From assembly GCA_000934665.2 (NCBI GenBank), contig JYFJ02002345.1, forward strand, positions 1 to 58,849: 58,849 bases of DNA. Direction: 5' to 3'. Origin of the DNA: Catajapyx aquilonaris (lineage: Eukaryota). Each line of letters opens with the position of its first letter. Positions within the stretch are counted from its first letter, which is position 1. The notes under the pieces were generated by a model. The model was not told the DNA's origin, did no database searches, and saw nothing but the letters and a program-made list of their open reading frames with translations. Below are positions 27,201-40,300 of this stretch, piece after piece. The translations under genes and the position numbers were made by a program.

Positions 27201-28134
27201 GAAATTCATTCGGATATCAATATAATTATTGCCTCAAGTATGTTGTGTTTCGATAACAGTTACATTTTGTCATGCTGTGTGACTAATTTTATGGACATCA
27301 TTCCAGGATTAAACTGTAGACATGTCTCTGCAAATCAGGCTCTTGAGGACATGAGAAAAGTTGCAAGAACTGGAAAACTCAATGGGAAATATTTCGACAC
27401 ATTTGAAGAGGAAAAGAAATACTACCCCTGCCCATGGTAATAAATATCACTGTTCGACAAGGGTAAATTTTCTCAGGTTATGATGTGTGTTTTCATAAGT
27501 ATTTTCGCCGCTGATTCCAAATTGTGCTGTCAGGCACGGTTTTTGAGATATATCGTTTCAAAATTTGGAACGGTTTACTAGGGGTCTTTCCGGGCCTAAA
27601 TGTTGCTAGACAGTCTCGGATCTCTGGTGGTGAAAATACTCAACTACTCCTTAATGCTGCTTATAAAGTTTCAGTCATATTGCGAAATACCAGAATATCT
27701 CAAACAGTGTGCCTGACAGTGGGACACACACATATTCCACTCACTAAATCTGCTCCTTTTTTGAATTGCAAGGTACTTGGATCTCATCACTGAGTGCGTG
27801 AAATTGTGTGCATTTGATGACAAAAGAGTCAAGACAGCTTTCGAAGATATGCTGGTATTATGCGAATTGGATGAATTTACTATTCCTAAGGGAGTCCCAA
27901 AGCTGTGTCTTCTGGCCATGTCTCTCCCAACAGAAGAACTTGCCACAAAAATATGGCAGAGAAGCCTGGCGGTAAATATCAAAGCAAATCACTATAAGCA
28001 TTTATGTAACTCACTATCTCTCACATTGACAGTTCATAGTGGAAAGAATGTTCTTCGCACCTGAAAGTACCATCCGAGAATGGTTAAAATACCGAGGACT
28101 GTGTTATATGATGGATCGAGAAATCAAAAAATAG
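24277..28134 (+). CDS. Uncharacterised tandem family, paralog 3 (11 exons)
   Basis: MSRET|KEDI..LEQ|IFGKINPGDVLVLAPP...; ITFPMEKHPPW; WYLDLITE..ELDEFTIPKGVPKLCLLAMSLPTEELATKIWQ|FIVERMFFAPESTIREWLKYRGL. Exon 3 is 24721-24871, exon 5 is 25142-25247 and exon 10 is 27773-27971. Confidence 0.8.
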
Positions 28135-28825
28135 CGATCTATTTAATTTCTACATTTGCCTGAAAGCACTGTGTATATGCTTCAAACACGTCAATAAATG
28201 CACTATTCTGATCTATGAGTTCTTTAAAAATTACTACATAATAATTATGAAAGTTTTTTTTTGTTTGCAGCCTTTCAGATCGACTCGTGCACTCCAAGTG
28301 CACTCCATCACATCCGTTATTATACATACTGTACAGAAGCCTACACAAATACAATTTTCCTTGCTATCATAATAATAAAGTATTTAGGTTATAACTCTTA
28401 CTCAGTTATATGTCAATTTCATGTCCATTTTATAATAGTCTAGGACTGGTTTTTACGCTGGTGTGTCGTGGATGTTAGAGGAAAGAATCCTCATTATGAT
28501 TGTTGGAAAATAGGCGAATAGTGTTTTGTTTAGATCTCCAGTTTTGTCATGTGCCAATAGAGTAGTCATCCACTGGCATTGAGCATTATTGTGCAACAGC
28601 ATTTGCTGCCACTCTGACACTGAGATACATTAAATATTTTGGCTGAAATAGTGTAATATGCACTTGCTATTCATTTATGCGATTAGTTTATACCTGTAGT
28701 AAACTCTGAAAGTGAGCACTCATTGTCGTCCACTGTTCCCATGGTTATGTAAAATGCCGGTGCAATCATAACATTTCCTGGTTGCTTCACCGTACTACAC
28801 TACCTGCATTAAAACATCAGCAGCC

Positions 28826-31297
28826 ATGGCAAGTACAAAGGGTTGTCTCAATTTTCTGCATCGTAATTATTTCAAACCCCAATATCTTTCGTTGCATATG
28901 CTGAGAATAGGAAAATAGAAGAAAATACCGGTACCAAATCACACCACTGACGGCATCTATGAAACAGGTAAATTCTGATGAAATATGTTTCCGTTAAACC
29001 ACTCAATACCTGAAATATGCTTTCAGCGTTATGGGAACTTAAAAACTGGGGAAACACTGGTTGTGGCACCTCCAGGGACGGATAGGTTTCAGATCTTGCC
29101 TCTCACCTTGCCCAAAAACGTAGGAGGATGGGATACTATCTCCGAATTTATGACCCTGTCCGAGAAACTAGTAAAAAGTAATTATGTCACTGGTTATATA
29201 TTTCACACTAGTTTAAAACTGATATTAACTTATCTCCCTTGATTGTGAAGGTCAGATATGTGGACATTCCTACCTGGATACATTAGCCAAATTGGTTCCG
29301 CCCAAGCCAAAAAATTTTGAGGAAATCGTAAGAGCAAAAGATTTCAAATATTCACTCCGTCCTGATCCTCTACTTGCTAATTATTTTAGCTGCAGGCATG
29401 AGTAAGTATAGGCCAAAAAGCAACTTTTATTAACAGAAAAAGCATGTGTGTCATAGGCTACACACTTTCTCTAAATAATCTAATTTACAAATTGAACTGA
29501 ATATTGTCCCATGCAATGTATCAAAAATATTTTCTCTATGTAGATACTTACGCCAGGAATTAATTAGTGAACTTCTGGTACGACTTAAGGCGATAGATAA
29601 TCTTATAAACAGCTTGCTGAATATGAAAATCGAATTGCTGAAAACACTGGTAAGTTTAGAGTATAACCGTAGGTAAATTCAGTATTGCAGAATGGTTATG
29701 TTATTACTAGCTTAATGCCTTTGCACTTCAAGGAGCCTCTTCGACCTGTTTTAGTCCGAATGTTGCGAAAAAGGAAACGTAGAGCAACCGTAAGAGTAAC
29801 AACCAATGACCCGTTTGGACTCTGGGAGAAATATCAGTAAGCTGTTGTAAATATATGTACAAGTTATTGTATTTGCATTTTGAATTTTTAACAAGTTGGA
29901 GCAATAATAGTATGAACATCTGCAAACATATTTCATTTGGCAGTCAACTTTTGTGATTAACTTTCTTAACTTATTGTTGTCGACGTTGAGCCAAGTTTGC
30001 ATGACTGTAATACCATTTTTAATTTATGATTTCAGGAGGACAGGAAAGAAGTCAATAAGGCTACCTGACCTTCATGGATTTTGCTTTGAAGGACCGTAAG
30101 TGTGATATTATACTATGTTTGGAAAAGTTTACTTTGGACAATATATTCTTGCCTTGTACATTATTATAAGTGTACATATGCACGAGCTCACAGATATTCG
30201 GTCATTCCTAAAACATTTTTCAAGTGTACCACTAACAAACTTCACAACATATACGTGGATGTACGACTCCCTTTCCTAATTATTTTGTCAACCTCAGAGA
30301 ATTACGGATTGCGTCACACAACGTGAAACCTATGCCTGAAGCCCAAGCTGAAAAGATGCTGGCTAAACATGTGTCGAGTGAGACTTTCAAAGCCATAACT
30401 TTCCCTATTGAGGATAATCCACCCTGGTTCCCTGTGCCCAAAAAGCAAGAGCCCATCATTGGCGGGGTGAAAATAGTGTCGGCAATAGAAGTTGCACAGA
30501 GCATCCGAGACGAGTTCCTGAATATGAATGTGAGGCTGTGCAGGATGTATGCTCGTCTTACCAGCAAAGATGCAGGAGATATGGATGTTACTTACAAGAG
30601 GAAAGTGAAAGGTTTTTTTTTGTCATCCCCATTATTATCATTATCATTATTATCATCATTATTATCATCATTATTATTATCATTATTATTGCAGCATTCA
30701 AAATTGTTGGGATCTTGGGCCCAGAAAAGGCTCTCATGAAAATGAGACAATATGCTGCCTACAACAGATCGGAGAGGGTAGTAAATCCTAGCAAATGGTA
30801 AGGTGATTTAAAATTTTCTGTTGCATATGAAATGACACTTACAATGCACACTGTGGCTTATTAGTTTATTACATATGGAAAATACAACCTAGACAAATAC
30901 TTGTTATTATTTATTAATTATTATTTCCACTAGGTATCTCGAGCTGTTTCGAGAGGCTGTAGACCTGAATGCTCTTACAAACAATGAGGTAAGGGAAACA
31001 CTGGATGAACTGATGAAGGTTTCTGAAGTGGATGAACTAACCATACCCAACTGTAAGGAAAAGTTGTGCCTCCTTACCCTGTCTCTACCTGTCACTGAGC
31101 TCGCTAATCAGTCATGGCAGAGAGCGATTCAGGTAATTAAGAAATTAGTTAAGAGTTCATTTTCTCTGGGATTAATCGGAGTTAATTATTTGCTTCAGTT
31201 CCTGCTGGACAAATTGATGTATGCTCCCAAGGGCATCTTACAGAAGTGGTTGAAGTACAGAGGTCTTTCTAATCCTTTGGATCAGATTTTTACCTAA
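28826..31297 (+). CDS. Uncharacterised tandem family, paralog 4 (11 exons)
   Basis: M|ENRRKYR..KQ|RYGNLKTGETLVVAPP...; ITFPIEDNPPW; WYLELFRE..EVDELTIPNCKEKLCLLTLSLPVTELANQSWQ|FLLDKLMYAPKGILQKWLKYRGL. Exon 3 is 29027-29177, exon 5 is 29544-29649 and exon 10 is 30934-31132. The first exon is tentative (GC donor). Confidence 0.78.
30631..30690. repeat. (ATT/ATC)n microsatellite filling intron 8 of paralog 4
   Basis: Trinucleotide run lying between donor 30612 and acceptor 30694. Confidence 0.9.
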
Positions 31298-32483
31298 ATT
31301 GAAAAATATTGTAAGACAAAAATGAAACAAAAAGTGACATACTAAGAAACAAAATAATAAATTTATGTGCATATATTTTCGTCCTTGCTTCTTAAGAGTT
31401 GCTTGAAGAGTTCGTGTACTATACATCATTATTTTAACTGGTGTAGAGTACTTAATGTCTATTCGAAACTGCTGCAAAACCTGAATCATAATTTTCAAAA
31501 TCATAGCACTATTGTGATCACCTCTATGCTTTAAAAGTGGCAAGAGAGGGATTGCTGCCATTTTGCATTGTTGGAATGCAGGTTTATTAATTACATTTTG
31601 TTATTGTGTGGTTTTGTTGCAATAGTTTCACTTACGTGTGACCAATATCGTTTCATACCTTTTGGTGTTGGTAACTTCGTCAGCCTGGGAGTTTTTCATA
31701 ATGAGGTTCGATTATACAATATAATGCATGGTAAGCAACTATAGGAGACTTGATCATTGGTACAGGAATATTTCCTCATTCAATTCCAAATAAATAAAAT
31801 AAAAGTTATTACAGACTCACAACTTAAGTAGGCTATTATATCACATGATTACCAATAACTTTACAAAATTTAAGGAAAAACCCCTCTAAGATGACCTTGC
31901 CATATCCACCATAACAAGTCATGTGACCTTCAGTACACGTACTTGGAGCCGCAGGATTCTCACTGTGATGCCTTATTAAATGCATTGAGCATGGTAAGAT
32001 GCTACTGTACACATTTCTACATGTAAAAAGTTACCTGGGAATTAAACCAAGGCCTTGAATGTTTTCTTGCCCCCGGCTCCTACGTCACTTGCTCAGATCA
32101 TGAAGATAGTCATTGCAGGTTGTAAAAGGTTTTTTCACGCCCGTACCCATTCTTGCTGAGAACCAGCGGCACTCTGGAGGTAAGACGTCTCTGTTTAAGT
32201 TTTTGCTAAGTAATGGGCTAATTACTTGATGTGAGGCTCTCATTGCGCAATAATGACCTGTTAAATTCTTATGCCAGAGTATATGTACAGGAACTAGGAT
32301 AGTTCAGGCACTTAGAGGATCCTATGATGAAAGAGACGATTAAGAAAACAATTGGCATAAATGATATGGTGACAACAATGCAATACATGAGTGAAAGGAC
32401 AAACCACTCTGTAGTCCGGCTTGTGGCCAATATAGGACGTCAGACATAATGTGTTGAATGTATTTTTTTTTAACAGTGCAGCC

Positions 32484-34188
32484 ATGTCTGAATTAGAAGA
32501 CTTTTCCCAGCCGTCCTCTCAAAATACAATCACGGTTCGGAATGCATTTAAGACCTACGGACGTGGTAAAAATGAGAAACCGATTCTACGCAACTTTGGA
32601 ATGACTGTGAAACGAGGAACAATGTAAGTGCGAAAGGTGCAAACGCAATTCTGAGCATAAACACATTATGCAACATTAATCAGACATTTCATTTGGAGGC
32701 AGCTACACTATTGCAGGTGGAATTGGTTGCGGAAAGACGACAATAATCTCCTGCATTCTGGGTCAAACACTGTTGAACTCTGGTGAAATTAGAATATTTG
32801 GTCGGGATGCACGTTTGTTTGGAAAGGGCATCCCTAAATCAGCTGTGGGATACATGCCACAAGAAAATGGACTCTGTCAGTCCCTATCCATATATGAAAC
32901 TATGCAATATTTTGCCAGCATCCATGGACTTACCAAAAGAGAAGCTGGGCTCAAAATTGTATATTTAATAAAATTGCTCAGACTTCCATGTAAGGAGAGA
33001 AGACTGTGGTCTCTAAGGTAAGTAATTATTTTCCTTTACTGTTCTCATTTTTATAATAATTGGACTAGAAAAATATATCCTCACGATTGTATTTTTATGA
33101 TCTATTTACAGTGGTAGTCAATTGAAGATACTTTCATTAGCAGTTGCAATGCTACACGAACCATTACTGCTCATATTGGACGAGCCTACAGTTGGTGTTT
33201 GCCCAACTATGAAATTCACGTAAGCTGAAATATTATTTTCACCAGGAAAAATGTTGACGCAGTTGCTGTATTTAACCCCCCAAAAAACCATACATCAATA
33301 GACAATAGTATAGGCCTACATGTGCAAATATTATTTTAGATTTACTATCGATAACGCACTTCAGCCTTTGAGTGCTTCAACATTTTTCAAACTACAGAAA
33401 ACACATCCTGCATAAGTAAACAGAATATATTAATAACAGCCACTGTCTCCTAGCATTTGGTCTCATTTGCAAAAATTATCACAAGAGGATAACGTCACAA
33501 TCCTATTGACTACCAGCAACGTTGAAGAAGGTCGAAATTCTGACACAGTGGGAATGATATCGGAGCAGTTCTTGATCGCAGAAGGAAATCCACACGCTTT
33601 ACTGGAGAAGCATAAGGCTCGAACTCTGGAGGACATATTTTTGAATCTCTGCGAAGATGAGGCCCCTGCTGCAGTTCATGAGCCTATTCTGGAGCCTTGC
33701 TATCGTTCTAAAATCACAGAGAAGCAATATAGACGATCGAGGCCTACTACCCGTATTATGGCTGCCACTAAGAAATTGGTCCATCAGCTGTGGAGTTATG
33801 GATGGTACCTTCTGATTTTGCTTACTCAAGAGATATTGGAAATTAAACGTTCGTTTGCATTGCTTTCAGGAAAACTATATTGCTGTTAAACACAGGGGCA
33901 TTACTCATGCTGATTGCGTGCTTCGTCTGGGGTCTGAACCCTCATGGTGTGAATGTGGCACTAGTCAATAATGAATGGCCTCAGAAGCCTTTATGTCAGT
34001 ATGATGATTGTCACTTTTGCAACCTGAGTTGCAGTTTCATACAGAAGATGGATCATGGCATGATCACATTGGTAAGAATCAGTGGCAGCTCATGGTCAAA
34101 AAAATTGGGACACTTCATAACTGATAGCCGGCCTGCAATACTATGGGGTGGTCCCCAATAATAATAATGACAATAACATCATCAATAA

Positions 34189-34273
<85 letters not shown>

Positions 34274-36922
34274 GACATGTCACAGGCCGCTTCTTTAAAA
34301 ATAACAGGAGACTAATTTAAGATTTTTATGTTGGTGATAAACTAATCACACTTTATATTTCACAGCTTCCATTTGAAAATGCAGAGTTAGCAATGAATGC
34401 TGTTCATAATGGAATTGCCAGTGGAATAGTGGAATTCCCTTCGAACTTTTCTGAAAGGGTTGAAAATGCAATACCAAATTTGGCGGAAGGATCCCTTTTA
34501 AGTCTTAAATTTGATATGCTAAGTAAGTCCTCATAAATTAAACTTATTGTAATACTGTAAATGGGGGAAGTGTGGTGGCCGAGATGGTAACGTCTCGGCT
34601 TGCTGAGTGAAAGGCCCCAGGTTCGATCCCCACCTGGGGAACTTCCTTTCACCTGCGTCGGGAGGGTCTCTGACCTGCACCAAGGAGGTGTCTGGCAACC
34701 TAACCTCCTGGGGGACTGCACATGGCCCAAAAGCCATAGGACAATGCACCTGCACAAGTGTCCCCCCCCCANCCTACCCTATATCCTGAACCAGCCCTTG
34801 CACGGAGATTGAAGAAAAAACAGAAAACTGATGGTGGTATGCCACCCCCCTAAAACGAGCCGAAGGCTCGAGCACGGGGTATCAATAAAAAAAAAAAAAA
34901 CTGTAAATGAAGAATGCCTTTAGCATGTTTGTGTAAAAGTAACACTGTGATTATTATTGAATAATGCCTAACTGTTAGAATAATAACATGTGAATGGCAT
35001 TATAGGCTGCTAGTAAGTATTGCAATCATTTCAACATTTGCAATTATTTTGAAGCATTTAGAATAAAACTAGTGCAAATATTCAACTAGGGTATCAGCCA
35101 ATTCTCTGACTAAAAACATCTGAACATTAAAATGTGAAAAGTGCAATTTATAGATTGCTGGATATCACTGTGGTTTAATATTGTTTTCATCAATTAGTAC
35201 TCAGGGCTGTTGTGGTATTTCTAATAAAGAAAAAAAGGTATCGATTCTGTGTTAGGATGGCTCAACCACTTGTTGTGGATTTACCATTAATTACACAACC
35301 CATCCAATCAACAGTTTTTGGTAGTGTACAATCGGACGCAAAAACAATGTCCGGGGAGAGTCTTCGTTCAGCCTGGTGGAGGCAAACCATTGCACAGATG
35401 TGTACACACACACTTGTGTGTACGTCCATGCTTATCTGCCGAGTTTTTTCCCTCCTCCCTTAGCTACCCAGGTGCAATGGGTTGCCTCCACAAGGCTGAA
35501 CGAAGAATCTCCCCGGACATTGTTTATGCGTCCTCATGTACACTTATAAGACAAATATGATGTAAAAAATGGATAAAACTAATATTCTTTGCCAGATTAT
35601 GAAGTAGCTGTCCCAGTGCAAAAGATGTTGGTTTCATCTTTCGACACTTTCATCAAGGAGGTGCTTCAAAAAGCCAACATATCGCAATCATTCATGGAAT
35701 TCATTGCTTTTGGAAAATTAGGTGGAAGTGACTATCCTCAGTTTGTGGATTTTTCTGCTCCAGCTGCATTAATGAAGTGAGTAGCACAATCACATAGAGC
35801 AGTGGTTCCCAACCTGTGGGTCGCGTGTGGCCAGAGTAATTTTTATAAATGAATTACTAAATAAAAGTAAAAAATAAATAACAAATGTTATATGAAATTT
35901 AACCACATAGGTTTTTTTCAACACCTACTTATACTGGGGAGGGGGGGTGGGGGTCACAGGTTAGTTGACGATCACAAAAGGGGTTGGGAACCACTGATAA
36001 AGAGGGTCTTCTTCTGCACAAGTTGACGATCTGCAGAGGAAAGGTAGGTAAGAGTGGGTGGAGTAGTCATTTGTGATCCACATTTGAACTCCAATCTAGA
36101 CTTGGCACAACATGCGCCAGGAGTGACATCCACTACCCCTCCCTCTCAACGGAACATCAGCTTGGGCAGACACACATCCGTATAATCAATGTTATAAATT
36201 CATACGTATGATGTACAAATCTTATGGCAATCTTATGGCACTGATACTCTTTACTTCCAAGTGGTGTGTTTGGAATTGCACTGATCATATCAGCTGCATT
36301 GTTCTTTTGGGAGAAACAAGATGGAACACTGGAGAGATCATTTGTGGCAGGTAGGATATTATAAGACAATGACTTATGTTGCCATAATCAATGAAATGAG
36401 TATTCATGACTTCAACTTGTTCCTGCAGGAGTGAATTACCTGGAATCCATCACTGCATTCATCTTAACAATGGCCCTAGTGACAGCCTACATCACCCTCT
36501 CATCTATGATGGTCATGTATTTAGCCTTGGGATACGTTGCAACTATTGCAGCCATATACATATTTTTCATAGGGTTGATATTGGGTGTAAATGCCGCTGC
36601 CATGGGGATGTTGGTCGGGTGCATGTGCTCGAGTTACCCTGCAGTCGTTTTCATCGCAGGGCAAATAGCAGTGCAAAATCAAATATTTGGAGGTTTACTG
36701 TGGCCCCTGGAATCCATATCTAATGCTGTGATTAAATGGTTTTGTTACTCCAATCCAGTTACCTGGCCTAGTGAGGCCACCAGAGGCCTACTGCTAAGAG
36801 GGGAAAATAGTCATAGGGGAATTCTGCACTCACTAATGACAAGTGCTGTTGGGATGGCTATTTGCATTCTCATAACACTTCTATTTCTGAATCGAGCTAG
36901 ACTTTGCAGATGTGGAAAATAA
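32484..36922 (+). CDS. ABC transporter, H subfamily, paralog C (degenerate NBD motifs)
   Basis: Nine exons, approx. 32484-32623, 32703-33017, 33112-33219, 33454-33804, 33870-34071, 34366-34522, 35596-35776, 36262-36350 and 36429-36922. Walker A GGIGCGKT, signature LSGSQLKI, Walker [15 protein letters not shown]-loop LTTSN, and GGLLWPLES TMD. Confidence 0.88.
34190..34272. repeat. (AAT)n microsatellite
   Basis: Pure AAT run in an ABCH-C intron. Confidence 0.95.
34564..34899 (+). mobile_element. Full-length tRNA-derived SINE with poly(A) tail
   Basis: A box TGGCCGAGATGG and B box GGTTCGATCCC, with a poly(A) tail. 10-bp TSD ACTGTAAATG at 34554-34563 and 34900-34909. Confidence 0.92.
35323..35544. 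mobile_element. MITE-like element with ~73-bp inverted arms
   Basis: Arms 35323-35395 and 35472-35544 are reverse complements with few mismatches. No clear TSD. Confidence 0.75.
35800..35996. mobile_element. hAT (Charlie/Buster-type) MITE
   Basis: TIRs CAGTGGTTCCCAACC / GGTTGGGAACCACTG. The flanking 8-mers ACATAGAG and ATAAAGAG match at 6/8 positions and form a decayed TSD. Confidence 0.82.
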
Positions 36923-37354
36923 TTTAATAAAAAGCTATAATATTATGTGCATATTTATGGTGTTTGTTTGTTTCTCTTCCAAAAAATATTTACTTTCCCA
37001 AACACATGTGTCCACACGATTGCTGTAGTAATGTGAAAAAATGGATGATGGCCACTTAAAAAATAACTCAAAGACAGCCCCACAGTGGATGAAGCAAATG
37101 GAATGTTTTTTTAGTCAATTGCAGTGTGGATCTTGAGGAAGTGGTATGATACATTGTACATACCTTCATTACTACTGCAGTGCATGGGGTTGTGGATTGA
37201 TGAGTGTTACAAATTAAATGACCCTTGCAGGTAAAATGCATTTAAAACAGAAAAATAAATTAAATGCTAAAGAATCATGAAAAAAATCCAATTTGATATG
37301 ATTCATTGCCACTTTATTATCAAAACAGCCAATACTTTTGACAGTTTCTTTTTT

Positions 37355-40300
37355 TCATATTTTAAGAGATCTCAAGCTGCGATGTAGCTCTTCAAACTTG
37401 AGTATCTGGCGAATGAAAAAGTCGCCGTAGCGCCTAGCAACCTTTGTGTCAGCAATGTGGATCATATTCTTGTCAATGTAGAAATCAACCTGCGAAAAAG
37501 AGTACAAATCTGTACCACCTTCATAAATTCAAATTAATGACTTGCAGTCTCAAGTCAGATATAAACACACTGAAATTCTATTGGCATAGGGGAGGTCGCG
37601 TGATGATGGAGCAATGTGCGGGCTCACGGATGAAAGGGTCAGAGGTTTGACCCCATGTCACGGCTTCCCCCCTTTCAGCCTCTGTGGAGTTGGGTCATCT
37701 TTCGCTTCTTCTCAGGTGAGACTCCTTGAGAGTAACCACCTGGGGAACTCGCAAATTGGCTAAGCAATGACGTTGGACTTGCACCTCCCCTTCCACTCAC
37801 CCCTTCCCACAGACTCTGCCGATTTGCAAAAAGGTTCCAGACATGGATACTATGGTGCAAATAATAAAGATCCATGCAAGAACTTCTTGAAGTATGTACT
37901 GTACTCAATTTTTTAAAATTCATTATATTCTATCAGCTTGGGGATATTTTCATTCTGAAAGAACTCGCACAAAGAGCACAACTTAATTGTTATTCCTTCC
38001 ATTACGTTCACGAGGCAAAAGCTTGGACTGCCTTTTCCGAGCTGTAATGTGCAAGAGCAAGTAGAGTACATCTTTCATATTCTGAACCTACCTCAGATCC
38101 TGATTGGAATTCTCCTTCAAGACCTGATGTTCCTTTAGTCCACACTACATTCTTCATTTTGTGCTTGAAACAGAGCATGTAAGTGTGGAAGTGTGACTCC
38201 TCAACATCCATGAATGCAGCCAATTTGGCCAGTGGCATGGTGGTGTACAGCTTGAGGTAGGAGCGCACTGTTGGGAGCACAACTTGTTGCTGGACCTCGT
38301 CCATGAAGACCTTCAGTTGCAGCTGGTACGGGTCCTGAAAAAAGTATGCCAAGCCTTGTTAAACATACTCCAACGTCTAAAAGGGTTCACACAACACCAG
38401 TGATCATGAAACTAGTCAACCCACCCAACCTCGCCCTGGCCTAAAATCAAGCTTCTGACCTTGTGGTAATTGCCGGGTGGTGCATCATGAGGGGGTGGCA
38501 CAGCAGACAAGAACTTGGGGCAAGCTGAGAGGAAGCTTTTTTCAAATTCTGCCAGTTCCCCTCTCTGCATCCTCAGCATTCTTTCTGCATGATTCTTTTC
38601 CCTGAGCACAGCGTGCACAGATTCATCAATGCGTTGTGGGTGAAGAACCAAGCAGACTGCCAGCAGAGTGTACATCTGCTCCGTCTGCTTGTTGATCTGG
38701 TCATTCTGGTATGTCTTGTTCTGGAACAGCTGCTTTGTGCGTTGAATGTACAGCAGGATGTTCGAGATTGTGCGGATTGCATCTGAGTAGCGTCGCATCA
38801 TCATGTATGCAAAGCCGACATAGTAGTATGTTGTGATCTGGCATGCAGGGACTCGAGAGTACAGACTCTAAAACGTAGAAATAAGTAATGAGCAAGTTGT
38901 AGTAACAAAATATTCATTGATAATGCAATAAGCTTAACAATTATTGCACGGCAAACACAGACAGACTCCATGTTTCAACACTTATTTGTGAACTTCTAAT
39001 CAATTATGGCAAATACAGTGTAATCCAGCGAATTTGAAACTCACATGACCAAAATATGTCACTTCCCAGTTCTCAATTATCCAAACATTCCCCCACCCTC
39101 ACCATTACCTCTATTGTAATGCTCAAAAAAAGTAAACTTGTACATATCCACCTGCTTTTCTGTGCCTGCAGTTGTTGTAGTTGATAACAATATTAAGATG
39201 GCACCAAAATAACTCACACATCCCTTCAATTTTGCCCAAATAGGAAAAAAAATGGCATAAACGAGCTAGCCATCCCTAATTAGTCCTTCAGTTTCTCAAT
39301 ATGATCCTTAGAGATGGTCTTGGCATCCTTACGAATTTGAATAGCATCATTTTGAATCAATTATGTTTCACTAAATAAATTTCTTCTTAGGAGATACTGC
39401 ACACGCTTCCATGTTCAATTAGGATCATTTTCATCATGCATTCATTATAGCTTAAATTATACAATTGTTTCTCAATATTAATTGTTCTGATCATAGATAC
39501 TACACACTGCCAATAAAATCTGTACCCTAGAAGTCAACAAAAACTACATCATTGTAAAATTGGCTTCATGCTATTTTCCAAAATGATAACTTCATGGTAA
39601 GGTGTGCAAAGGTCAAATATTCTTCGACAAACAGGCAATACCTTCTTGTTAAGCTCAATGTTCTCCAGAACTTTGACAGCCTGGTAGTAGTCTCCAAGCA
39701 AGGAGTGCAACCTCAAAAGCCCAACCAAACTGAAGTAGCCCAACATCTTGTACAGAGAGTGGCGCCCAAACTCTCCAGCCACAGAATCTGGGTCTCCACC
39801 ACTGGAGTACACCTCCAGCTGCTGGTTGATGTTTGACTTGTCCACAAGGGAGTGCAGCACATTCAGTACTGAGAGTACATTCCACATCTTTGAGTTCTCA
39901 CGCAAGATCTCTAGCTCCTCTTTAGTTTTCTTTTCAAGCTTTGCTCTGTTAGAGGAAAAAAATTGTAATGATACATAACTTCCATCAATTCACAACTGGA
40001 CATTATAACATTATAAGTGAGCCACAACATTACATACTGTCACATAAAGCTCTTTGTATATGTACAGTACACCAAATGTATGATTTTTCCTCATTTTCAT
40101 ACCTGTACTGTGAGAAAGACTGGAACTGGTAGATGAACTCATCAATGATCTCCCAGAGCCACTGATTAGGCAGTTCTAGCCTGACGGGATGATCTGCACT
40201 CAGGATGAAATTGAAGATGTTGCAGTACGAGTAGTAGGAGTCGAAACGCTGCTCAATTGTGGGGCCCCCTTGAACTCGGGCATAGATGTGGCGATAATAC

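Noticed and set aside
39288..39440. Possible C/D box snoRNA in an eIF3L intron
   Set aside because: C- and D-like boxes are ~150 nt apart with no terminal stem or recognisable guide.
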